The notes beneath the pieces were generated by a model. That model was given only the letters and a program-made list of their open reading frames with translations, was not told the origin of the DNA and did no database searches. Positions 1 to 9,805 of a DNA stretch of 64,000 nt are shown here, one piece after another. A program made the translations under genes and the position numbers. Source of the DNA: Acidimicrobiia bacterium (lineage in GTDB: Bacteria; Actinomycetota; Acidimicrobiia; Spongiisociales; ZC4RG35); NCBI GenBank assembly GCA_965203555.1, contig CBDBCY010000004.1:864001-928000 (forward strand), in the 5' to 3' direction. The stretch's first letter is position 1. The number at the start of each line of letters is the position of its first letter.

Positions 1-46
1 ACGGGGATTTTGCGATGCGGGAACCGATAGCCAATTCGAAAGTCAC
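1..46 (-). CDS. 5' end of a gene running off the window, possibly aminomethyltransferase (GcvT/DmdA-like) family
   Basis: GTG at 46 preceded by AGGGG reads VTFELAIGSRIAKSP..., reminiscent of the 'R(I)RKSP' N-terminus of GcvT/DmdA-like proteins; only 15 codons visible. Confidence 0.3.
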   Translation of the reverse strand, partial: MTFELAIGSRIAKSP

Positions 47-200
47 ATCGCCCCTATCTCAAAAGAGAACCGGTGCATCGCGTACCTCCGAGCCGCGCCC
101 CGTCATGGCTGCTATAGATTACCGTTTGTCGGAGAAAAACTTCCTCTCGCCACCAGTCGACCGTGCCTGACATCGCCATTGTCATTCGGGTGGGCGGGAC

Positions 201-1670
201 TCAAATCAAAGTCGGGTCGATAGGGTAGAGAGGCCGGGGGGCGTGCACGAATCGCAGATACTCCAAGCGGGGAGTGCTGGCGCCGGGCAGGTCGAGGGTG
301 ATGGCTTCCGGCGCCGCAGTGGGGAAGTTGGCCCGGTAGTCGCTGCAGGATCGCACCACCAGCACATCTGTGCGATCAGGATCCAGACCGGCGTGTCGCC
401 AGGTAGCCGGGTCGGCGGTGATGGCAGGCCGGGAAGAGATCAGAAGATGGTGACGTCCCGTGGTCAGGACAGCCCACTCACCCATCGAAACCTCCCTGCC
501 GGTAAAGGAGCATCCTGTTAATCGATAACTCCCCGCCCCGGCGCTGGTAACCACCCCCTCCACGGTCACCTGCCGGGCGGCGGGATTGAAACCTCCGCCC
601 ACGTCGACCTTCGTTCTGCTCCCCACCGCCCGACCACAATGTCGCGCCGCGGCGGGGTCCAGCACCGAGTGCAGCACCGTCAGGTCAGCCCCGTGCCGGG
701 CCGCCTCGGTCACCAGTATCGGATCATCCCCGGAAGCGCCGGCCGTGGGGCAATCGGCAGTGTGCGCCATGACGAACGGCCGGGTAGAGGAAAGCCGGGC
801 CGTGGCAAAAGCGGCAGAAGTCGTAAGGATCCGGGGGGTGACCATCCTTCCCCGTCGTCGCCAAACCTCATAGGCCAACCCCTCGGCCATCAAAGACGCC
901 CCTTCGGCATCGTCGTCGGTGACCACCAACACCCCCAAACCGAGTTCCGGCACATCCAGCCAGGGCTGGACGGGAAAGACGGACACGTCCAAAACCTGAT
1001 CTCTGATCAGACCATTGGCTATTGTCCTCACTTCCGACATCGGGCCCACATCGGTGCGCATTCCCTCGGCAGGGATCAGAAGTGACCGCTTGGCCAGCCC
1101 CATGGCGGGCCTGATCTCGTTTCGCGCCGAGGCGGCCACCAGCCGGGCGATTCGCTCTCCTGTCGAAGCCATGTCGATATGCGGCTCGGTGTGATATCCC
1201 ACCATCACATCCGCCAACTCCACCATCCGGACGGTCAGGTTGGCGTGTAGATCCAGGCACACCCCCACCGGCGCCCCGTCCATGCGCCTGCGGGCGACTT
1301 CTATGAGCGTCGAATCAGCGTCGAAGTGATCCTCCGACACCATTGCCCCGTGCAAGGACAGCACCAGCCCGTCAAGCTTGCCGGCCTGCTTGATACCGGC
1401 GTCAAGCAACTCGGACAGCCGGTGGAAGGTCCCCTCCGTGACCGGCCCCGACGGGAGTGCCCAGGCAGCAACCAGAGGCACGTGATCTACGCCCCGCTGG
1501 CGCAATTCGGAAACCGCTCCTGCAAATTCGGTGTTGGTTCCCTCCAAAGCGACTTCCGCCTCAGCGCCGACAAGAACGGTGAAGTCTTCCCATTCGGTCG
1601 GCTTCGGGCTGAAAGTATTGGTCTCCTGAACCAGGGAGGCAACCCCAATCCTCGGACCAGCCCCGACCAT
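201..1670 (-). CDS. M81 family metallopeptidase (MlrC-like), copy 1
   Basis: 489 aa; QETNTF, DGLVLSLHGAM, LDLHAN and YHTEPHID motifs typical of MlrC/DUF1485. Confidence 0.9.
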   Translation of the reverse strand: MVGAGPRIGVASLVQETNTFSPKPTEWEDFTVLVGAEAEVALEGTNTEFAGAVSELRQRGVDHVPLVAAWALPSGPVTEGTFHRLSELLDAGIKQAGKLDGLVLSLHGAMVSEDHFDADSTLIEVARRRMDGAPVGVCLDLHANLTVRMVELADVMVGYHTEPHIDMASTGERIARLVAASARNEIRPAMGLAKRSLLIPAEGMRTDVGPMSEVRTIANGLIRDQVLDVSVFPVQPWLDVPELGLGVLVVTDDDAEGASLMAEGLAYEVWRRRGRMVTPRILTTSAAFATARLSSTRPFVMAHTADCPTAGASGDDPILVTEAARHGADLTVLHSVLDPAAARHCGRAVGSRTKVDVGGGFNPAARQVTVEGVVTSAGAGSYRLTGCSFTGREVSMGEWAVLTTGRHHLLISSRPAITADPATWRHAGLDPDRTDVLVVRSCSDYRANFPTAAPEAITLDLPGASTPRLEYLRFVHAPRPLYPIDPTLI

Positions 1671-1920
1671 CAGGTCCTCGGGACCCCGAGTTGCACCAAA
1701 CGCGGGTACAACTGGCCTACCGATCGCTCCCCACTCCGGTTGGAGACACGGGACGAAAAGTTACCGATTCGTATCGGGATCATGACCTCTAAGTTAACCG
1801 AACTGCAAATGCCGATCTTAACCTGGACTGGATTCTATCTTTCCTACCCCGCCGGCTCACAGCACACCGGGAACGCGACAGTACATGGCGAAACCGTCCG
1901 GGCCCCAGCTCACCCCGTTG

Positions 1921-3390
1921 TCAGACCAACACCGAATCGAGAGGATAGAGAGGGCGGGGGGCGTGTTGGAAATGGAGGCTCTCCAGTTTGGGGGTGCTGG
2001 CCCCGGGTAGGTCGAGGTTGATCGCTTCGGGGGCGGCGGAGGGGAAATTGGCCCGGTAGTCACTGCAGGAACGTACCACCAGGACATCCGCCTGATCAGG
2101 ATCCAGTCCGGCATGACGCCAGGTGGCCGGATCGGCGGTGATGGCGGGAAGGGAGGTGACCAACAGATGGTGAAGACCGGAAGTGATGACCCCCCACTCG
2201 CCCATCGAAACCTCTCTTCCCGTGTGGGACAGGCCCGTCATCCGGTAGCTCCCCGCCCCGGCCGCGGTAACCACCCCCTCCACGGTGACCCGTCGCGCCG
2301 CGGGATTGAAAACCGCCCCCACCTCCATCCGCACCCGGCTTCCCACCGACCCCGCACAACGGCGGGCGGCCGCGGGGTCCAGCACCGTATGCATCACCAC
2401 CAAATCGGCCCCGTGCATTGCGGTCTCGTTCACCATTATCGGATCGTCCCCCGTAGCCCCGGCGGTGGGGCAGTCGGCGGTGTGCGCCATCACAAACGGC
2501 CGGGTCCCCGATCGCCGCGCAGTAGCAAAAGCCGCCGCGGGAGTCATGACTCGGGGGGTGGTCATCCGGGACCGTCTTCGCCAGACCTCATCCGCGAATT
2601 GCTCCGCCAGGCGGATGGCGCCGTCGGGGTCATTGTCGGTAACCACCAAAACCCCCAAACCGAGTTCCGGCACATCCAACCAGGGCTGCACCGGGGAGAT
2701 CGAGATGTCCAGCACCGGGCCTTCGGTCTTCCGGTCAGCGAGTTGGCGGACCTCGGACATCGGGCCCACGTCGGTACGCATGCCTTCGGCAGGGATCAGC
2801 AGCGGCCGTTTGGCCAAAGCCATAACGGGAGAGATGCTGCCCCGCACCGTGGCGGCGACCAGACGGGCGATTCTCTCCCCGGTCGACCCCATATCAATGT
2901 GCGGTTCGGTGTGGTATGTCACCATAACGTCCGCCGATTCCACCATCCGGCCGGTCAGGTTGGCATGCAGATCCAGGCAAACCCCCACCGGCGCACCGCC
3001 CATGCGCCTGCGGGCGACCTCTATGAGCATCGAATCAGCGTCGAAGTGGGTCTCCGACACCATCGCCCCGTGCAAGGACAGCACCAACCCGTCAAGCTTG
3101 CCGGCCTGCCTGATACCGGCGTCAAGCAACTCGGACAGCCGGTCGAACGTCTCCTCCGTAACCGGTCCCGACGGGAGGGCGTCCGCCGACAGCAACGGGA
3201 CCGGTTCCCCTCCCAGTCGCACCAGTTCGGCGGCCGCCCCGGAGAATTCCGAGTAGGTGCCGCCCAGGACATCCAATGCCTCCCGCCCCACCAGGACCGT
3301 GAAATCCTCCCACCCGGTGGGCCTGGGGCTGAATGTATTGGTCTCCTGAAAGACGGAGGCGACCCCTATCCTCGGGCTGGATCCGACCAT
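1921..3390 (-). CDS. M81 family metallopeptidase (MlrC-like), copy 2
   Basis: 489 aa, colinear and highly similar to 201..1670, same motifs. Confidence 0.9.
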   Translation of the reverse strand: MVGSSPRIGVASVFQETNTFSPRPTGWEDFTVLVGREALDVLGGTYSEFSGAAAELVRLGGEPVPLLSADALPSGPVTEETFDRLSELLDAGIRQAGKLDGLVLSLHGAMVSETHFDADSMLIEVARRRMGGAPVGVCLDLHANLTGRMVESADVMVTYHTEPHIDMGSTGERIARLVAATVRGSISPVMALAKRPLLIPAEGMRTDVGPMSEVRQLADRKTEGPVLDISISPVQPWLDVPELGLGVLVVTDNDPDGAIRLAEQFADEVWRRRSRMTTPRVMTPAAAFATARRSGTRPFVMAHTADCPTAGATGDDPIMVNETAMHGADLVVMHTVLDPAAARRCAGSVGSRVRMEVGAVFNPAARRVTVEGVVTAAGAGSYRMTGLSHTGREVSMGEWGVITSGLHHLLVTSLPAITADPATWRHAGLDPDQADVLVVRSCSDYRANFPSAAPEAINLDLPGASTPKLESLHFQHAPRPLYPLDSVLV

Positions 3391-3529
3391 CAGCCGATCA
3401 CGGTCACCAGGCTTACCGAACCCCGGTGGCGGTGGTTCCCGGCGCAGTCTCTGCGAAAAACCGGATGCACCGAGTTTGCAGGTTCGTTTCGGATCATTGC
3501 CCCTAAGTTAACCGGTTGGTGGGTGGCAT

Positions 3530-4438
3530 GTGATCGTTAGCTGCGGTGAGGCCCTGGTGGATCTGGTTCCGGATCCGGCGCCGGGCGGAGGCCCCATGAA
3601 TGTCGCCGTCGCCTGTGCCCGTCTGGGGGTTCCGACTGCCTTTGTGGGTCGTGTCTCCACAGATGCCTACGGGGAGGCGATCTGGGCATTCCTGAGAGAC
3701 AACCAGGTGGATGTTCGAGCCTGTCAAAGAGGCCCCGAACCCACCGCCCGGGCCATCGTTGAACACACCCCCCGGCTGCGTTTCCGTTTCGAGGGGAAGG
3801 CAACCGCCGATACGATGCTCTCGTCGGTCGACACGAAGAGTCTCGGGGAGGGGCCGCACATCGTCCATGGCGGGACGCTCGGGATGTTCCGGGGCCGGAC
3901 CGCAGAAGTCCTGGCCCGTCTGGCGGAGAACCACCGGGGCATCGTCTCGGTGGATCCCAACGTCCGCCCCCAGATCATCGACGACCGCGCCCGCTGGGAC
4001 CACTATCACAACCGATGGGTGGTCAGGGCAGACATCTATCGGGCATCCGATGAGGACCTCGAATGGATATGGCCCGGTCGGAGTGGAGAGTCGTGCGCCG
4101 AGGAACTGCTGTCGACAGGGGCTTCCACCGTGTTCATCACCCACGGCGGATCGGGCGCCACGGTGTACACCGCCAAAGGTGACCTGTCGATGGAGGGAAA
4201 GCCCGTGGAGGTGGCCGATGAGGTCGGAGCGGGAGACACGTTCGTTGCCTCCATCCTGGCTTCGGTGTGGAATCTGGGTCTGGCGGGTGATCGGCAACGC
4301 CTCGGCAACCTGGGTTTGACCGCTTGGAGCGAAGTGATGGAACTCGCCACGGCCGCCGCGTCCATCACCTGCTCCCGGCCGGGCGCCGACCCTCCATGCC
4401 TGGCGGAACTACCTCCCGGGACGGCGTTTTGGAATTGA
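3530..4438 (+). CDS. PfkB family carbohydrate kinase (fructokinase-like)
   Basis: GEALVD, PGGGPMNVA, DPNVRP and VGAGDTF PfkB signatures. Confidence 0.9.
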   Translation: MIVSCGEALVDLVPDPAPGGGPMNVAVACARLGVPTAFVGRVSTDAYGEAIWAFLRDNQVDVRACQRGPEPTARAIVEHTPRLRFRFEGKATADTMLSSVDTKSLGEGPHIVHGGTLGMFRGRTAEVLARLAENHRGIVSVDPNVRPQIIDDRARWDHYHNRWVVRADIYRASDEDLEWIWPGRSGESCAEELLSTGASTVFITHGGSGATVYTAKGDLSMEGKPVEVADEVGAGDTFVASILASVWNLGLAGDRQRLGNLGLTAWSEVMELATAAASITCSRPGADPPCLAELPPGTAFWN

Positions 4439-4458
4439 TTTCAGGGGATTTGGTTCGA

Positions 4459-5475
4459 TCAGCAGGGAGGAGGAGGAGTCAGCTCCACGGGAGCATGGCA
4501 GGCCGCGGAACGCTTGGCCGCGTCCACCATCGCCTGGGCATGTCGAGCCATCTCGAGAGTGACCTCGGGCGCCACACCACCCCTTACCGAGCGTATGAAG
4601 TGGTCCAGAGATGCTGCCAGGTCTCCCCCGACCCTGTCCAGTATCACCGGCCAGTGGGTGAGATCGGGCTTCGAATATGCCTCGGCGTCCATAATCGACA
4701 GCCCATGATTCGAACTGTCGACAAAGACGGCTCCTCCGGTCCCAACCACCTCCAGGCAGGCATCCAACCCGGCCGGGAGACGATTGGGCATCACCCAACT
4801 GGTCTCCAAGACCCCGATCGCGCCGCTGTCGAACCGCACCATCACCATGGCCGCGTCGTCATGTCCGTAGTCGGCCAAGCGCCGAGAGATGGTTTCGGCA
4901 TACACCCGGGTGACCGGCGAGTCAGCCAGCCACGCCATGGCGTCCAGATCGTGGATGCCGGTGGATATCAGCAGGTCGGTCCAGACCCCGTAGATCTCTG
5001 CCCCCAGATACGATCCCCGTCGGCGGGTGAACATGGTATGGATATCCCCCAGCCTGCCACTGGCAGCCGCCGCTTTGGCTTCCGAATAACGAGGATCGAA
5101 TCGCAGGATGAAGTTCACCATGGTGAGGACGCCCGTCTCTTGCAGGTCGGCTATCAGGCGATCCGCCTCAGCCAGACTGGGCGCCAGGGGTTTTTCGAGC
5201 AGCAGATGTTTACCGGCCCTTGCCAGGGGCATAGCGGTCTCGTAGCGATAGTGCTCCGGAACGGAAACTGAGGCAGCCTCGAATTCGCAACTCAACAACA
5301 GATCCGACACCTCGGTGAACCAGGGGACGCCCAAAGGTTCAGCTACCGCCTCCGCCGTCTCGGGATTGGCGTCGACGATGCCTGCCAACTCGGCCATTGG
5401 GTGCTCGGCATAGATGCGGGCGTGGAGAGACCCGATCGCTCCGGTGCCCACCACCGCGGTTCGCAAAGCGTTCAT
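4459..5475 (-). CDS. Gfo/Idh/MocA family NAD(P)-dependent oxidoreductase
   Basis: VVGTGAIG Rossmann motif, EKPLA, IHDLD; start placed at MNALRT. Confidence 0.9.
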   Translation of the reverse strand: MNALRTAVVGTGAIGSLHARIYAEHPMAELAGIVDANPETAEAVAEPLGVPWFTEVSDLLLSCEFEAASVSVPEHYRYETAMPLARAGKHLLLEKPLAPSLAEADRLIADLQETGVLTMVNFILRFDPRYSEAKAAAASGRLGDIHTMFTRRRGSYLGAEIYGVWTDLLISTGIHDLDAMAWLADSPVTRVYAETISRRLADYGHDDAAMVMVRFDSGAIGVLETSWVMPNRLPAGLDACLEVVGTGGAVFVDSSNHGLSIMDAEAYSKPDLTHWPVILDRVGGDLAASLDHFIRSVRGGVAPEVTLEMARHAQAMVDAAKRSAACHAPVELTPPPPC

Positions 5476-5476
5476 C

Positions 5477-6238
5477 TCAACTCCCCCGGGGAGCGAAGGC
5501 CCGGTCATGGCCCGGCATAACCGTATTCGGCCGGAGGGCCTGTAGCCGATCCAGGCTGGAGTGCAGCTCCCGCAGCTGACCGCTGGTGTACCAGTGGGAG
5601 AACGTCCGATCCGAATACTCCCGACGGGTCATTACCGTGTCTCCCGCCACTACCACCCTCTCTCCCTCTTCATTCTCGGCCACCACGCTGATGTGGCCGG
5701 GGGTGTGTCCGGGCGTCGAAATGGCCACTACCCCGGGCATCAGTTCCAGCTCCTCTCCCCTTCCCACCTCGATCAGGCGACCCATCACCGAAAGTCGGGC
5801 TTCCGTCTCGGCGGCGCCGTACAACTCCTCGCAGAAGTCGGCTTCGCCCTCACCCAGCACGATGTCGGCGCCGGGAATACGGAAGGCGCTGCCCATGTGG
5901 TCGTGATGACAGTGCGTGCACACAACCGTGTCTATGTCTCCCGGCGTTAACCCGAATCGCTGCAGGCCAATGGCCAATTGTCCGTAGAACCCGGTGTGAT
6001 GATTGCCGGGATCGACCACAACGTTCTTCTCCCCCCTGATCAATACGGTCGTGGAGACCGGCATGAATCCGAGATTGGAGTCGAACAACATGTCCGTCTC
6101 CGGGTTTATTCCCATCATCAGTTCCATCCGATCCAAGACAGCCTCGGTATCCGCGGCGAAGAAATAGACCACCTCGTCATCCAAGAGGGTGAATCTCAGC
6201 ACCACCGGCTGGATGACTACATCTATCTGGTTGTCCAC
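5477..6238 (-). CDS. MBL-fold metallo-hydrolase (lactonase-like)
   Basis: THCHHDHMG, TPGHTPGH, AGD and PGHD motifs. Confidence 0.88.
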   Translation of the reverse strand: MDNQIDVVIQPVVLRFTLLDDEVVYFFAADTEAVLDRMELMMGINPETDMLFDSNLGFMPVSTTVLIRGEKNVVVDPGNHHTGFYGQLAIGLQRFGLTPGDIDTVVCTHCHHDHMGSAFRIPGADIVLGEGEADFCEELYGAAETEARLSVMGRLIEVGRGEELELMPGVVAISTPGHTPGHISVVAENEEGERVVVAGDTVMTRREYSDRTFSHWYTSGQLRELHSSLDRLQALRPNTVMPGHDRAFAPRGS

Positions 6239-6301
6239 AAATCAACTCCTCTCAAGTCCAAGCCGTAGAACTCCCAAACCATGTTTCGAAGGCCGTGCCC
6301 G

Positions 6302-7153
6302 TCATCTCTCCACCCCGGCGGTCACGACCTCGGAGATGTTGCGCTGGAAGATGGCGGTGATGAGGATCACCGGCAGGGCGGTTATCACCGTGGCCGCCGC
6401 CAACTGCCCGATGGCGATGTCCGTCGTTGAGCGGAACAACCCCAGCGTCACGGTGAGAATGGAAAGGTCGCTGGTGAAGAGCAACGGGGTCAGGAACTCC
6501 ACCCAAGCAAGAATGAAGCCCAACAGCAACCCGGCGAAGATCCCGGGCCGGAGCAACGGGATGATGATACGAAACATCAGCTGGCGAAGCCCGGCGCCGT
6601 CGATCCGGGCCATCTCCTCCACTTCCACCGGTATCGCCCGGACGAACGATCCCATGATCCACACCATGAAGGGCAGGGTAAAGGCCACGTAGGGAAGCAC
6701 CAACCCTATGTAGGTGTCGTAGAGGCCCAATTGCACCACCGCGATGAACAGGGGAAGAACGAACAACAGGGTGGGAAGAATGTAGATGGCGGCGAACCCG
6801 CCCAGAATGATCCTCCTCCCCGGGACCGTCATCCGGTGCAGGGCGTAGGCGGCGGGCACCGCGATCGCCACGGTCAGAAAGGCCGTGGCCAGCGCCACCA
6901 CCAGACTGTTCACCATCGATTCCGCCACCGGGATGCCCGAGGCCTCCTCAAAGATCCTCTGATAATGCTCGGTCTCGATGTAGGTGGGGACGAACGCCAC
7001 GTCCCGGGAGCGAATGTCGGGTTCGGTCTGGATGCTGGTCAGGATGATCCCGTAGAGGGGAAAGGCCGTCACGACCAGGACCAGCACTGCGGCGCCGTAT
7101 ATCATCGCCCGTTTGAGCCGGCGTCCCGCGGACATGCGGTTCGAGGCCACCAT
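6302..7153 (-). CDS. Carbohydrate ABC transporter permease (MalG-like)
   Basis: C-terminal part of ORF 6302..7984 from MVASNR; EEMARIDGA EAA loop and multiple TM segments. Confidence 0.9.
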   Translation of the reverse strand: MVASNRMSAGRRLKRAMIYGAAVLVLVVTAFPLYGIILTSIQTEPDIRSRDVAFVPTYIETEHYQRIFEEASGIPVAESMVNSLVVALATAFLTVAIAVPAAYALHRMTVPGRRIILGGFAAIYILPTLLFVLPLFIAVVQLGLYDTYIGLVLPYVAFTLPFMVWIMGSFVRAIPVEVEEMARIDGAGLRQLMFRIIIPLLRPGIFAGLLLGFILAWVEFLTPLLFTSDLSILTVTLGLFRSTTDIAIGQLAAATVITALPVILITAIFQRNISEVVTAGVER

Positions 7154-7155
7154 CG

Positions 7156-8085
7156 CTACATCCCCGCCAGTCGCCGGGATCGGGCCAGCATCCACCCCAA
7201 ACCGGCAATTGCCAGCACCGTCAGGGCAGATAGAAGGTATGCGGTAGCCGCCGCGTTGCCGAAATCGAACTGCTCGAATCCCTGGCGATAGGTCAGGAAA
7301 TTGAGGGTGGTAGTGCCCCGGATGGGTCCCCCTCGGGTCAGAACGAAGATGGTGTCGAACACCTTCATTGCCCACACGAACAGAAAGATCACCACCGGGA
7401 CCACCACCGGCAGCATCAGCGGGAGGGTCACATGGCGGAAACCCCGCCACGGACCGGCGCCGTCGATGGCGGCCGCCTCCCGGACGGACCTGGGCACGAT
7501 CTGCAGGCCGGCCAGGATGAACAGGGTGGCGAAAGGAATCCATCTCCAAACCTCGGTGATCAGCACCGAGTGAAGGGCGATGGTCGAACCGCCCAACCAG
7601 ATTATTCCCCCTTCTCCGCCGAATGCCCTGATCAGTCCGTTGAGAAATCCGAATTCGGCATGGAACATCTGCACCCACAGCACCCCGGAGGCGACGGGCG
7701 GCACCGCCCAGGGGAGCAGGACGGTCACCCTGAGCAGACCCCGGCCGAAGAAGGTCCTGTTCAGGAGGAGGGCTATCAAAAAGGACAGCACCACCGTCAG
7801 CACACAGAGCATCAACCCGAAGTAGACGGTTATCCGGGTCGCCTGCCAGAAGTGGGGATCGGTCAACTGGTTGATGAAGTTCTTGAACCAGACGAAACCC
7901 TCGATCCGGAATCGGGGAGACAGGTCTATCTTGGAGAAGCTGTAGGCCAGGGTCGAGAGAGCCGGATAGGCGTACACGCCGCACACCACCAGCACCGCCG
8001 GGGCCACCATCGCCGCCGCGACCAAACGACCGCGGCGGCGAGTCCGGCCGGCCCGAGCCTCGACCGCCTGCTCCTGGGAAGTCAT
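7156..8085 (-). CDS. Carbohydrate ABC transporter permease (MalF-like)
   Basis: EAAAIDGA motif, LTRGGP, multiple TM segments. Confidence 0.92.
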   Translation of the reverse strand: MTSQEQAVEARAGRTRRRGRLVAAAMVAPAVLVVCGVYAYPALSTLAYSFSKIDLSPRFRIEGFVWFKNFINQLTDPHFWQATRITVYFGLMLCVLTVVLSFLIALLLNRTFFGRGLLRVTVLLPWAVPPVASGVLWVQMFHAEFGFLNGLIRAFGGEGGIIWLGGSTIALHSVLITEVWRWIPFATLFILAGLQIVPRSVREAAAIDGAGPWRGFRHVTLPLMLPVVVPVVIFLFVWAMKVFDTIFVLTRGGPIRGTTTLNFLTYRQGFEQFDFGNAAATAYLLSALTVLAIAGLGWMLARSRRLAGM

Positions 8086-8101
8086 GGAGTCGGGCGCGGT
8101 T

Positions 8102-9472
8102 TTACGCTTCGTCCTGCCTGCGAGCTTCCAGGGTGGCTGCTGCTGCGTCGTCCAGGGCCTGCTGCGGAGTCTTCCGTTGCGCCAGAACCTCGTGGATCTC
8201 GTCGGAGAGGAACTGCGTCCAGCGAGGACGGTCCTCGGACCACCCTCCTTCCACGGGATACTCGTACGCCTTGGCCAGGGCCGGATAGAACGGGAAGGCT
8301 TCCACGATGTCGGGCTCGTTCAGGACCCCGCTGTAGATGGATCCCCATCCGCCCAGCGCCACCACTCTCTGGCCCTCGCGGGAAGAGATCAGATCCAGCA
8401 GGCGCCAGGCCTCGTCCTTGTTCTCGGCATAGACCGGGACTCCGAAGAACTCCGACCCGTCCACCGATCCGCTGGTCACCACGGCCGGGTTGGGAGCGAA
8501 GGCGCTGTGACCGGCGATTCCGGGCGCCGCGTCGGGAAGGGCCGCCACTCCCGCCACGAACGGCCAGGAGATGAACATGCCTCTCGTTCCGTCGAAGAAG
8601 CCGGGGGTGGCGTCGAACACCCAGGTGTAGGTGGGGACGGCGGGATCTATGCACTTGTGAACGTGAAGCAGGTCATGCAGCTTCTGCAGCGCTTCTACCC
8701 CTGCCTCGCTGTTGAAGGCAGGCTGCTGCTCCTCGTCGAGGAAAGTCCCGCCGTGCATGTGAAGCATGCCGCCCCAGGTGAACAGAACGTGCTGGTCGGC
8801 CCAGGCGTCGGTGAGTCCGTAGTACTGGACACCGTCCCGCTCTCCCGTCATCGCTATGGCGTATTCAACAAAGGTGTCATAGGAGTTGGGAGTGGAATGC
8901 CAGTCGAGCGGAAGGTCGGGATCGAGCCCCGCCTGTTCCATGAGCTTCTTGTTCCAGTGCAACAACTGACTGCCCATGGTCCACGGCACGGCCCAGGTTT
9001 CCCCGCCAAACTCCACTGCGCCCATGCCCCGGGTCAATAGGTCGGGTTCACTGCGAACCCGCTCGTCCATGAAGGGACCGGCGTTGGTGAGCCATTCGCC
9101 GTTGGTGAGCTCGGCCCCCAACGTGGCGGTGACGAACACCGCGTCCCAAGGCGAACTCTGCGCCAGGAAGGAAGTGGTCAGCTTGGTGCGCAGGTCGGGA
9201 CTGGTGACCTCTTCGACATTGGGAGCGAACCCCACGTTGGCCTCGTGCTGTTCCAGGAGTTGCTTGATGGGATCCATGTGCGTCCCGATCAGCACCCCCA
9301 GTTCTCCGGTGAAGTCCTCACCCGGCTCCGCCCCCTCATCGGTGGGGTCCCCTCCGCCGCAGGACGCCAACAGGCTTGAAAATCCTCCCATGGCGGCAAA
9401 GGCCAGCAGCGCGGAACTTCCTCCCAGGAATTGGCGACGGGTAATTCCAGAATCAAATCGTTTGGGGGTCAA
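8102..9472 (-). CDS. Sugar ABC transporter substrate-binding lipoprotein (CUT1), Tat-exported
   Basis: TRRQFLG twin-arginine signal, LASC lipobox, SBP_bac_1-like body; heads the permease operon. Confidence 0.88.
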   Translation of the reverse strand: MTPKRFDSGITRRQFLGGSSALLAFAAMGGFSSLLASCGGGDPTDEGAEPGEDFTGELGVLIGTHMDPIKQLLEQHEANVGFAPNVEEVTSPDLRTKLTTSFLAQSSPWDAVFVTATLGAELTNGEWLTNAGPFMDERVRSEPDLLTRGMGAVEFGGETWAVPWTMGSQLLHWNKKLMEQAGLDPDLPLDWHSTPNSYDTFVEYAIAMTGERDGVQYYGLTDAWADQHVLFTWGGMLHMHGGTFLDEEQQPAFNSEAGVEALQKLHDLLHVHKCIDPAVPTYTWVFDATPGFFDGTRGMFISWPFVAGVAALPDAAPGIAGHSAFAPNPAVVTSGSVDGSEFFGVPVYAENKDEAWRLLDLISSREGQRVVALGGWGSIYSGVLNEPDIVEAFPFYPALAKAYEYPVEGGWSEDRPRWTQFLSDEIHEVLAQRKTPQQALDDAAAATLEARRQDEA

Positions 9473-9726
9473 AGTGTTCCTCCTCGATTAGGGGATAGTT
9501 TGCTTTGCCATCTTAAGCTAGCCGGTTGTTCATCGACGGGTAACCAAAGCGGGGAGTTTTGCCGAGCAACCCGCAAGGAGCCCTCTTCATCAAGCCGATA
9601 GATCGGGAAGCTACCGGCATCCTGTTATCAGGCCTACTCATAAGAAGGGCTCAGAAGACGTCCTGTTTGCACAAGACAGCCCATCAGGACCTTATTTGGA
9701 CAGATTTGCTTAGCATAGCTCTTATC

Positions 9727-9776
9727 CGCACTAAAACGTATATATAACCCATTATCGCACAAAAATGCATGTATAA
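9727..9776 (+). repeat. Two 21-bp imperfect direct repeats (29-bp period) in the AT-rich region upstream of the Fic gene
   Basis: cgcactaaaacgtatatataa (9727) vs cgcacaaaaatgcatgtataa (9756), 17/21 identical. Confidence 0.55.
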
Positions 9777-9805
9777 GAAAGAGAACCGTTGATATCATTC
9801 CATGC

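Noticed and set aside
201-3390. Microcystin degradation (mlr) cluster
   Set aside because: No mlrA, mlrB or mlrD nearby; M81 peptidases are widespread outside microcystin degraders
6252-6305. 17-aa ORF (MTGTAFETWFGSSTAWT) coupled by ATGA to the permease stop
   Set aside because: Too short to distinguish from chance without conservation data
6302-7984. 560-aa permease ORF
   Set aside because: The N-terminal half overlaps the upstream permease in another frame; the real start is MVASNR at 7153
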